From: Spirogloea muscicola
Lineage: Eukaryota
Assembly (NCBI GenBank): GCA_009602725.1
Contig: WELB01000012.1
Location: forward strand, 134,775-167,877
Reading direction: 5' to 3'
Length of the DNA stretch: 33,103 nucleotides
Below, one piece after another: positions 1-9,466 of this stretch. Under the pieces are notes generated by a model. That model saw nothing but the letters and a program-made list of their open reading frames with translations. It had not been told where the DNA came from and did no database searches. Numbering within the stretch: position 1 is the first letter of the stretch; every line of letters begins with the position of its first letter. Position numbers and translations under genes: made by a program.

Positions 1-2
1 CC

Positions 3-416
3 ACCCTCCTCCCTCACTTCCGATGCATGTATGGCTCGCCATCTGCATTGTTGTGGGGGGCAGGGAGTTCTTTGGCTGTTTTGCAGTCAAAGACGGGGAC
101 ACGGCAAGGTGATCCAATGGGAGGTTTTCTCTTCGCTCTGGCGCATCACCGTGCTTTGCGCAACACGGCGAGCGCTCACCCTGGCGTTCTCCTCCCGAGT
201 TACGCGGATGATACCACGCTCCTCGGCCCCCCAGTGGAGGTGCTGCAAGCTTTCGGCACGCTTCAGCACCAGCTCCAGCTTATTGGGCTTGGAGTCAATC
301 CGGCTAAGTGCTCCGCCTGGTCCCCTATTGGCATCCCTCTTTCCCTCTTCTCCTCGTTGCCTACATCTTGTCAGAGTTTTCATCCGTCATCTTGTCAAAG
401 TTTTCATCCGTCCTGA
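3..416 (+). mobile_element. Reverse transcriptase fragment of a non-LTR retrotransposon (RLE/CRE-like), open at the window start and broken after RT domain 6-7
   Basis: The frame is open from nt 3: TLLPHFRCMYGSP...GTRQGDPMGGFLFALAH...PSYADDTTLLGP...LQLIGLGVNPAKC. QGDP, YADD and GLxVNxxKC are non-LTR RT motifs. The ORF ends in a 24-bp duplication. Confidence 0.9.
364..411. repeat. 24-bp tandem duplication at the RT breakpoint
   Basis: catcttgtcagagttttcatccgt (364-387) followed by catcttgtcaaagttttcatccgt (388-411), one mismatch. Confidence 0.95.
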
Positions 417-949
417 CTGGAATTGAAGGGGTAGGTACAGGGAACCCAAGCCAAGCCGTCCGCATGCAAGCATGCATGTCTCATCCTAAGAGCCACACTC
501 CGCCAGCGCCGTGCCTGAAGGGCGTCAATCCTTGGCTTAGGCAGCACAGCAGCTAGTGAGCCTTCGCCAGACCCGTGGACGTCACGTGAAGTCATGGACA
601 CTCACGGACGACATCCGCGGGGTTGCTGCCAAAGCTACTGCAATTGGGTCTGTGATACAAGCTGAAGGCAAGGCGCCCCTGGCGCAAGCATGGCCCTTCA
701 GCTGCAACTTGAGCGGAGAGAAAATGAAGAGGCTAAGCATTGGATCAGTCTAGGAGAGCGCAATGTACCTGCAGACTTCAAGCTGCAGCTTCGAGAGGCC
801 AGACAAGAAACGAAGAGGTAAGGAAAGAGGAGGCAATGCTGTTGCTGAGGTCGGAGAGCGCTGTGATAGCTAACACGGCGCTACTAAGGATTGGTGATGA
901 GTGCATACTCATACACTTCTGAAACCTTGGATCGGGCCGCTTGTACGAC

Positions 950-1650
950 GTTGAGTACTCCCGCCTCCATCCGTGCGTCCATGGACCTGTTCGGCGGCCA
1001 CAATGAAAGTGTTCTTTCTTCCTTCAGCGTCTTGTGCATCGGATCGACATGCGTCGCCGTGGTTGGGGCACACCACCGTACTTCAGGCACACCAGCGTAC
1101 TGCAGGCGTTGGTTGCATGCTGCAGATGCGGCTCTTACTATGCCTGCAGCGCTTGCAGGCCCTGGCCTTCATCAGCATTCTGTGCACGCCATAAGGCAGG
1201 CCACTGGCTTTCGCAGCGGTGCTCCGGCTCCAAATTGATTAGCCTGTCCAACTTGTATGCGCTCACTGGGTACTAAGGCCTTCTCAAGCCGTCTGTCCAT
1301 TGCTCACTCGTGGGTACTGAGCTTCCATCTGCGGTCTTGTAGTGACTAGTTGTGTGGTTTTTCTTTTCGTTCCCCTTTGGCTCTTTGGACCTTGTCCATT
1401 CTTTTTCGGCTGGCCCTTCCCAGCCCCTATCTTCTATGGGAGAGCTCTTTCTTTGCCTTAGAACCTCTTAGCTTATGGAACTGCTGCGTAAAGCCCCGTT
1501 CGTTGCCTTTGCATAGCAGTGAATTGGCTCCTCTTGGCCTCCCTACCAATTATGAGCACCGCACGCCTTCTCTTGTCTAAGGCCTTTGTTTCGTGTGGAC
1601 TCATTCTTTGCACTTCCTTGTTTATTTGTGATAACAGTGTGTGGCTCGAT
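950..1650 (+). mobile_element. Degenerate 3' fragment of the CRE-like element (ORF C-terminus plus 3'UTR)
   Basis: Frameshifted peptides ASMDLFGG, MRLLLCLQRLQALA, HAIRQATGFRSG and ISLSNLYALTGY* (stop 1274-1276). A second LLTRGY* end follows at 1300-1320, then hairpin motif A (1408-1425) and motif B (~1512-1572). Confidence 0.7.
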
Positions 1651-1685
1651 TAGGCAGTGTGTGGTATGCGACGAGCGAGAGCAGG

Positions 1686-2470
1686 GAAAGGGCTCGCCCA
1701 TTGAGGATAGGGGCTGGAAAAAGCCAGCCTAAAAAAGAATGAACAAAGGACGAGAAGGGGCCAGGGGAAGCACTAACAAGCACAAGAAGAAACTAAGCAG
1801 CTACGAGCTTCGGCGGCGCGCGCATCGTTGCTGATGTGGTCACCACTGATGTGGTCGACCGCTCCAATCCGGGGCTTTCTGCCTCGCGAGCGGGCCATGC
1901 TGCGGCGAAAGCCGCTCGCTGCAAGGCGGCCAAACACGCTGATTACCCGGCTGGGGACGAGATCGTACCCCTGGCCGTGGATGTACACGGGGCTCTCGAG
2001 TCCCAGTGGCTCGACTTGCGAGGCGCGCTGTGTCCCGCAGGCGAGGTGAGCCGGCTGACTTCAACGCCGCTGGCTCATGGGCCCAAGTTTACCGCAAGCG
2101 GTTGTCAGTCTCCCTTTAGCGGTCCATGGCACACGCCTTGCATCTGCGTGCTGGCCGGGCTCTCGCTGCAGCCTCTGGCTTTCGCCAGGGGGATTGTTTT
2201 CCGGCAGCTAGTCTGTCGGATTTGAGGCTCCTCACTCGTAGCTACTGAGTGGTCCATCCTCCAACCGTTCTGCCATAGCGCTTAGGCCCCTCCGTCATTT
2301 GGCCCCTTCAAACCTTTGTCAGTTCTTTTCGGGCTGGCTTTTCACAGCCCTTGGCCCTATTGGGAGAGCCACTTCTTCTGCTACGAAGCACTCAGTAACC
2401 CCTGCTAAGCAGCCTCAGGTCAGAAATACTGGGTTCCTGGAAGCGGGTCCCCTGGTCAGAGCCAGAGGGC
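1686..2470 (-). mobile_element. CRE-like 3' fragment (subfamily 2), split by a nested insertion
   Basis: Minus strand 2470-2392 reads SGSDQGTRFQEPSISDLRLLSRGY*, and its 3'UTR continues at 1806-1686. The two halves are colinear with the uninterrupted copy at ~12000-12215. Confidence 0.8.
1807..2379 (+). mobile_element. 5'-truncated CRE-like non-LTR copy (subfamily 1) with restriction-like endonuclease remnant, flanked by a 7-bp TSD
   Basis: RIVADVVTTD...AGHAAAKAARCKAAKH...IVPLAVDVHGAL (RLE-type C-terminal region). After a frameshift it reads YRKRLSVSL*RSMAHALHLRAGRALAAASGFRQGDCFPAASLSDLRLLTRSY* (premature TAG 2117-2119, terminal TGA 2246-2248). The 3'UTR ends GAGAGCCACTTCTTCT. GCTACGA occurs at 1800-1806 and 2380-2386. 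Confidence 0.85.
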
Positions 2471-2699
2471 GCATGCAAGCCGGAGGCAGCTGCAGGAAAA
2501 GCTGGAGGAGGCTGCTAGCTACTCCTACTTCTGGGCTGGCCTCTCACAGACATTGCCTTACATTGAAAGACCTGTTCCCGAGCCCCCTTGTAAACCTTGT
2601 TTACCAGTTTGTAAACCTTCTGCATTTGGGAGATTTGCTTGCCTCTAGGGAAGGCCTCGCACATCCAGCGCCCCCTCAGAGAAGTAGTCCATTCCCATT

Positions 2700-3040
2700 A
2701 GGGATAGTTTTTCCGGCAGCTAGTCTGTCGGATGTGAGGCTCCTCACTCGTAACTACTGCGTGGTCCATCCTCCCCCGTTCTGCCATAGCCTCTTCAGAA
2801 GAAGTGGCTCTCCCAATGGGGGCAAGGGCTGTGAGAAGCCAGCCCGAAAAGAATTGACAAGGTTCGAAGGGGCCAAACTACGAGCTAAGCAGCGACTGCG
2901 GGGCCTTGAGAGGCTATGGCAGAACGGGGGAGGATGGACCACTTAGTAGTTACGAGTGAGGAGCCTCACATCCGACAGACTAGCTGCCGGTAAACTATCC
3001 CCCTGACGAAAGCCGGAGGCCGCAGCGAGAGCACGGCCAG
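2700..3040. repeat. Two subfamily-1 CRE-like 3' ends tail-to-tail, forming a ~94-bp inverted repeat
   Basis: The + copy at 2700-2796 (AASLSDVRLLTRNY) and the - copy at 3040-2797 (GRALAAASGFRQGDSLPAASLSDVRLLTRNY*) give near-perfect complementary arms ~2700-2793 and ~2909-3002. Confidence 0.85.
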
Positions 3041-3077
3041 NCGGCACTGACGGCCTTGACCAGGGCACCCCGTGACC

Positions 3078-3108
<31 letters not shown>

Positions 3109-3140
3109 AGGCCGCTGCGGCCGAGGGCCCGCCGAAGTCC

Positions 3141-3829
3141 ATGGTGGCCCTGGCGGACGACTCGGTGGCAGCCGAACCCGGGCCCTGGCAGCGCCTGCAG
3201 GACTCGCCGACGTACCAGGCGTCCGCACGCGCCGCTGCCGGAGCCCTGACCTTCTCCAAGAAGGTGAGCGCGGAGGACCGTTGCCGCGGACGCCTCGCTG
3301 CGCAAAGTGATTGCAGGAGCTCCATCGGACAGGTCGGAGCTTTCAGGGGGGGCATCGTGGCCAAGGGAGCCACCAAGGCCGGTGATGGTAGCGGCATTGC
3401 CGGGCGCCATTAGCTCAACCACGGCGCTCGTCGTTTTGTCTTGCGGGCGGTCGAGCTGCAGAGCCCAAGCGGGCCTGCCTCTCACTGTCGTCAAGGGAGG
3501 CCGCAGTGCTACGAGCTGGAGTTCAGGGCTTAATCGATCGGCTCACCAGTGACCGTAGCATTGTTGGGCACGACTCACAATTGTCTCTGAGGTTTCCTTT
3601 GAAGGTCATACTTTTGGTGCTGCACCTACTCAACGACTTCCCGTACTCCCTTGCGCAGGTGCTGTGGAGCACAGGGAAGGCGGCCTGGATCGCAGGCACG
3701 ACCTTCCTGGTCCTCGTCGTGCCGCTCATCATCGAGATGGACCGCGAGCAGCAGATGCTGGACATGGAGAGTCAGCAGGCTGGCCTGCTGGGAGCTTCCC
3801 CTGCCCCAGGCCTGCCACTTGCCAAGTGA
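3141..3829 (+). CDS. TOM9: Mitochondrial import receptor subunit TOM9/TOM22 (plant-type short form), 2 exons: 3141-3263, 3659-3829 (~97 aa)
   Basis: Spliced product MVALADD...[39 protein letters not shown]...QQAGLLGA matches the plant TOM9 signature [27 protein letters not shown] phase-0 intron. The start may lie further upstream (N at 3041). Confidence 0.92.
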
Positions 3830-4684
3830 TGCGCGACGGCTGTGCCTGCTGGGGCCAGCGTGGGACTCAGACATACTCTGGTGGCCACCTGCCTGGCTTG
3901 ACATAGTGCCTGCTGCAATGGTCTGGTTAGTTTGAGGAGCGCTTTTGCAGGCGCCTTCTGTCACAATCGCAAAGCAAGCAAGTCAGCATGGCTTGGCATT
4001 CACTTGGGGGTTACTCTGAAGCACATCACGTTCAAGTGAGTCCCCCTCAAAATGGACGGGTCTCTAGAAAGGGCCTGGTCATCATGTTTGTTACTGTCTG
4101 CAGACATACTGCCAGCTCTTAAGCCTCTCCTACAATGGTCTGCTGATTCTGTGCACAGCTGCGGCTACTGACTACATGGATCGATGCGCACTTGCCATGC
4201 CAGCCCTACAGGACTGTACAAGTCTAAACAAAACATAAGGTATCAGGAACTGCGAAGTTGTGACACAAGTCACCTTCCAAGAAGACAACCATCTGCATTT
4301 GATATATCTCTGATTGACGAGTGCAAGTCACTGAAGGCAAAGCTATTGTGGGCCTTCAGAATTTCTTGCCTTGCATGCTTGCATTCCAATACATATTCAC
4401 AGTGCAACTTACAAAGGCAGTAGTCATGCGCAGCAAAATGCGCATGCTCGTCATCCACATTCGGCTACTTAGCCGCCAGCCTTCATCAAGCACTGGACAC
4501 ATTCCTATGCCTACTCATGTGAAAGCCTGGGGCTGGCCACTGGCGTGTGTGGTTCAACTGCTCTGCAACTCTGAGGACATGCCAGGGGACTGCTTGGGCT
4601 GGAACTGAGAGGATATGACTTTGGGAGGGCGTCGACTTTAAGTCACTGACGTAGTCGAAGGGGTGCCATAACAAGTTGCCGTCG

Positions 4685-6654
4685 CTATGTATTGGGTGGC
4701 AGAAGGCGAGAGAGGTCAGCAGACTGTCCCTGGAACTTGAAAAGCCAAGGGTGCTTCAACAACCTCGCAGCTGTGGGCCTCATTGAGAAATCCTTTTGTA
4801 GGCAGGCATTGATGAAGGAGACGAATTCATGTGAAGAGTCAGGCGGAGCTTGTGGAGGATCGTTCATGACAATTGCTGAATAGAGGCCCATCCAATCATT
4901 CTGCTGGCCTGGTATTGCATATGGAAACCTCCCTTGCAAGCACTCCAACAATGTAAGCCCTGCCAAGACAGCGCCAGCAAGGAGATGGCTGCTTAGAGAT
5001 AAGTGATGCAATCAGACACCAGTGGAGAATCTGAAGCCTTGGTGACATCTGCAATGCTTGCATATGAAACCCACGGGCCGCAGCGTAGAGGAGCAGCTTA
5101 CCGAGGCTCCAGATGTCAGAAGCATAACCATTGTACTTTCCGGAAGTGATTTCCGGATTGATACGTTCCGGTGCCATGTAAGCAGAAGTTCCAACATATG
5201 AGTTGCATTGTGCGAGCGTGTTTTCCAGCATTGAGCTCACTCCAAAGTCTGCAATCTTGACTTCCTGCCTGCAATGTGCAGCAGGCATAAGGGCAGTCAC
5301 GCACGTGTCCTTCAACTAGTGGGTTCCTACATAATTGTAGCAGAGCAACAAGGTTGACTACCCACGACCTGGCTCTAACATGTCTGACAAAATAGTAGCA
5401 GTAGCATGCTTACCTGCGGTTAATGAGAAGGTTGGATGGCTTAATATCGCGGTGCACAATGTGATTTGTGTGGAGGTATATGAGCCCCAACAGCACTTGC
5501 TTCGTGACTTCCACCAAATATGGCTCTGGTATTTGGCCGTAAAGCTTCATCACATCTGATAGAGTGCCCCCGTCCATGTACTGTAGAACGTGAACAGAAA
5601 GGACACCATTAGCTTTATGTTGTATTGGTGATGCTATTAACTTTCTACTCTATCTGTGACTTATGCTGCGCCTGCATAGACAACCCAGGAATAAAGGCTT
5701 GGGTGTAGCACACTTATATCTGCAACAGAAGGTTGTCTGCATGGCTTGTCTTTGATAACCACTTAGTGCAATGCTTGCCTCCCACGCAACGTAACCTCTT
5801 GAGGCAAGTTACGGGTTTGACAGCTGTACCTCCAGCACAAAGGAGATCTGGCCTCCGACATCAAAAACATTGTAGCACTGCACAATCTGTTGGCAGCGAG
5901 ACCGCTGCAGGATCTGCATCTCCTGCACAATCTGTTGCCGAACTGCATCGTCGTGCTTGTTTGCAATCACCTTCAACGCATAGACCTGTCACCATAGCTT
6001 CGCACTAGTGCTCATTCAGAGAAACGCACAGCTCCAAGCGAAGCATATCGCATGAGGAGATACACTGCCAGATGAAGGATGCAAGCAAGCCATCAAGTCT
6101 TTAACCGTCCAACAAGTTGCAGCGATACTGCAGTGTCAGCACAGGCACTGCCCAGCCTGTATCTCCAAAAAGGACGCTCAGCGACTCTCCTGCAGGTACC
6201 TGTGCATATCTCTGCTGCTACTGCTGGACAGGTGCTGGAAAGGAGAGCTTCTAGTGGTGCCGCTGCTGACCTTATTGGTGAGTCTATGGCGAACTTTATA
6301 AACTCGGCCTCCAGCTCCCTGCCCCAGGACACCCAGCTTCTCCAGCTCGTCCAGCTGGACCTTGTTCACCCTTTCCGTCGTCAAGGCGGCTGGCTCTGGC
6401 ACGTGGCAATTCACCCAAGAGCCACTGACAGGCGGCAGCGGCTGCCTGTACCCTGCGTGGCCGTTGCCCGGAGGAGCCTGGGGAAGCGGCAGCGGCTGGG
6501 GAATGGGCAGCGGCAGCGGCCGCGGCACCCCCGCCGGCAGCGGAAGCGGCACAGGCAAGGGGACGGCCTTGGGCGCGTGCGCGGGCAGGGCGTCCCGCTG
6601 CGGCACGTCGAGCCTCAGCCCGGGGCCCTTGCGCGCGCGGTCGCGAGCCGCCAT
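4685..6654 (-). CDS. MAP kinase kinase, plant group C/D (MKK4/5-like), 5 exons: 6654-6271, 5985-5830, 5580-5414, 5268-5102, 4959-4685 (~382 aa)
   Basis: [40 protein letters not shown]-x5-S activation loop (TLAQCNS), [28 protein letters not shown]-terminal docking motif [14 protein letters not shown]...AVPLP. All introns are GT-AG with consistent phases. Confidence 0.93.
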
Positions 6655-7039
6655 GGCCGCCACAGCTACCGGGCCGACGGCCTCATCGAGACGGAGGAGG
6701 AGCGCTCTGCCCGTCAGGCAGGGCGCCGAGCGAGGACCCTCAGCAGGGTGCGACGCGCTGGCTCGTCCAGAGACGGGACTGGCGCTGCCCGGGGACGAGG
6801 GGCCGTCATGGCCGGCACGGCGGGCTGGCCCGGAGGGCGGCGCCGGAGCGCGGCGACGCTACTCCGCGGGGCGGCGCCATGGCGGGCAGGCGAGTAGGGC
6901 AGGGGGGGGCTCCACGTCCCTCGGCGGCGCCTCACGCAGCCGGGCCCCTCGCACAGCCAGGCGCGGCGGCGGCGGCAGCGGCAACCGCGGCGGCGGCGGA
7001 GGAGGCGAGTACTGATCGGCCTAGTAGACGTCCCGACGA

Positions 7040-7330
7040 GGCAACGGGATAAGAGTGGAGTGCGGTGCGCGTGGAATGAAAGGGAGGCAAGATTAAGCCA
7101 GTAGACTGTTCAGGCAAGCAAAGGCTAATCAGTGCACAGATTGGTGTGATGTAAGAAAGGGGGGGAAGGCGAGCGGTGCACATTGAATGAAAAGGAGGCC
7201 ACTACACTGTTCTAGCGAATGGAGGAGCAACGAAGTGGGGCTACATAAAACGGAGGGGGCTAAGGTAACAGGTGTGTATGCAGGCTGAAACGCAGGCAGG
7301 GTCGTCAGTACGCACGAGTGAGCACATAAG
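7040..7330 (-). mobile_element. CRE-like 3' fragment (ORF end plus 3'UTR)
   Basis: Minus strand YVLTRAY* (stop 7305-7307). The DNA tgctcactcgtgcgtactga matches 1301-1320, and two motif-B copies follow (~7160-7213, ~7052-7113). Confidence 0.65.
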
Positions 7331-7589
7331 GGGGTGTGCCCGGCCTGTGCGCCTGTACGCCTCGCCCACCGTCGTTTCGCTCTTCTGCACTGGCCTTCGT
7401 CCGTCACCAGATGGCAGAAGAGCGCTTGGCAGAGCACTATTTGTTCATCTCCCTCTAGGGCTTCGCCTGGTGTGATCCAATCAATTGGTTGCACTTACTT
7501 TGCCTCTTTTTCTGCATCAAGAATGTACTTGGCCTGCCTCTCTTTCAGGACATTCGCAGCACGTGCCTTCTCGTTCTGCAGGATGGCGT

Positions 7590-8830
7590 GGACAGTGCAT
7601 TTTTAGCTCGGCTTGGCCCCTTTCAATCCATGCGTACCGCGAGCGCGTTCTCTGTTTCCTTCTTCTCCCCTCCGGCCGCGCGATTGGGGACCCGTCTGGC
7701 CGCGGCGTGGAGGGGGCTCTGCGGTTGAGCACCTGCCTAGCGCCCCGAGCGCGCTCAAGACCAGGAGGAGCCGGCACTCAAATCAAGGCGCGGTTGCCCC
7801 AACGCTCAGGTCACGAGCAAGCCACCAGGGGCGAAGTCGTTGTTCACAATGTTGCCCTTTCCTTCACCTTCGGCCAAGGCTAACCAAGTAAGCTTGTCTG
7901 CACGTGCTCACTCGTGGTTACTAAAGTCCGGCTGCAGCTGGCTTTCGCGCAGTTGCCTGACCCCATGGGCAGAAGGCTTCGCTTCGTGAAGCCCCGTGCA
8001 TTGCTTTCCGGTCAGTACCAGCTGAGCCGATGTAAGATGGTCCATCAGGTTTTGGGCCCCGCCCTGCGTCGTGCGATGCGGCTCTTGATGAGCCTGCACC
8101 GCTGGCAGGCCTTCAACTTCACCAGCTGGCTGGGCGGGCCCTGAGCAAGGCCACCAGCTTCCTTAGCAATGCCCAATTCGTAGCTGCGTGGTTTTGCAAT
8201 TTCCAGCCCATTAAAAGGGATTCTAGTTCTTTTGGGCTGGCCTTCACAGACACCGACCCAATCTGATGGAACTTTCAATCCGGCTCTGCAAGCTAGCAAG
8301 TTCACATAGGCTGGCCTTTCACAGCCATCAGACGAACATATTGAACATGTTCTGACATGTTTGACCTGCATGTGCTCAATCATGGATACTCAATCAGCCC
8401 CCTCCCCAGCGCTTTCGCCCTGCTCCAGCCCCTGCTTCCTCTGCCCCTCGTATACTAATGCTTTGCTAGCCCCATCTTTTGCACTCTTTGCTCTTTCCGT
8501 ACTTAGTTCACTGGCTCGACTTTGGCTTTCCTTTCGGATCAGTGTGTCAGATTGTATTGCCGATTCTTGGGTACTAGAGTTTCCTTCTAGTTGTGTTCTT
8601 CGTTTCTTTTTTCTTTTTGTCCTTCCAGATCATCTTCCTTCCAAGTCTTTCTATTTTCTTTTTACGAACAGTGTACTGGCTTGCTTTGGCGTTCCTTTCA
8701 TGTATGCGCACCGCACGCCCTCTCTTTAATCAATTTACGCGCACCCCTTAAGTTCTCCCCCCTTGGCTTGAATGGCCACCCTTCCATTTCATGCGCACAC
8801 CGCGCCTTCTCCCTTGAGCGCAACCAGTGG
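7590..8830 (+). mobile_element. Stack of degenerate CRE-like 3' fragments
   Basis: Motif B ~7592-7655. VSLS..HVLTRGY* ends at 7924. 8075-8175 aligns with 1125-1225 (MRLLMSLHRWQAF..HQLAGRALSKATSF). Motif A ~8234-8250 and 8309-8326. ISVSD...GY* at 8538-8577. Motif B ~8666-8727 and ~8760-8812. Confidence 0.65.
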
Positions 8831-9044
8831 AACTTCGCTTTTCTTCCCCCCGGCGTGCTATTGACGAACTACTTCCATACTCAGCGACCTTCACTGACAT
8901 TTTGACCCCCACTTTATTTGTTCGGCGACCGGCGGCAGCCCCCAGCGGGCTGGCATGAACGGAGTGTGTGTTTAGTGATGGAAGGCCTCAGTGGCCAAGT
9001 ACACTGGCAAGCACATTGACAGATGTGCATCACCTGCTGCTAAG

Positions 9045-9168
9045 CTGTGAAAAGCCCAGAAGGGGGCGAGGGCTGTGAAAAGCCAGCCCGAAAAGAATGG
9101 ACAAAGAAGAAGTGGCTCTCCCAATGGGGGCAAGGGCTGTGAGAAGCCAGCCCGAATGGACAAGGTCC
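9045..9168 (-). mobile_element. Two CRE-like 3'UTR pieces; a ~49-nt subfamily-1 terminus inserted in another copy
   Basis: gggctgtgaaaagccagccc and gggctgtgagaagccagccc hairpin copies. 9105-9153 is the subfamily-1 3' terminus (reverse complement ends GAGAGCCACTTCTTCT), flanked by GAATGGACAA at 9095-9104 and 9154-9163. Confidence 0.75.
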
Positions 9169-9466
9169 CGCCCGAGGATCAGGCTATGTTACTAACTGAC
9201 CAGCCTTTAAATGGCCCTCCTCGGGGCCCCCTATGAGCCGTCCGATCTGCCCGTCGGGCGGTCGGCTTCGGGCCTCTGCGAGCGCCCAAGGGGCCCGCGC
9301 TTCGCGACAGGGGGGTTTAACACCACCCGAGTGCTATACTAGAACCCAAAGCACCCTCAAAGCCCCGCCGCGTCGGGACCGCCCCGACGCCGCCGCCGCC
9401 GCCGCCGCCGCCAACGCGCTCTGGCATTGGGGTCCATCTCCCTTTTGCCAATTCCCGGCGGCCACC

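Noticed and set aside
2299..2946. 215-aa plus-strand ORF
   Set aside because: It crosses several element fragments in opposite orientations, so it is a chance read-through rather than a gene.
3078..3110. (GGC)n/(GCC)n runs here and at ~6965-7005, 9388-9411, 25920-25956, 33033-33050
   Set aside because: Ordinary GC-rich 5'-end microsatellites or poly-Ala tracts.
5855..5940. Duplicated QQIVQ segment (ctgcacaatctgttg twice) in MKK exon 2
   Set aside because: Short, in frame and compatible with the normal kinase fold; likely chance or local conversion.
6079..7015. Long plus-strand ORFs (272 and 217 aa)
   Set aside because: Antisense shadows of the GC-rich MKK exon 1 and leader.
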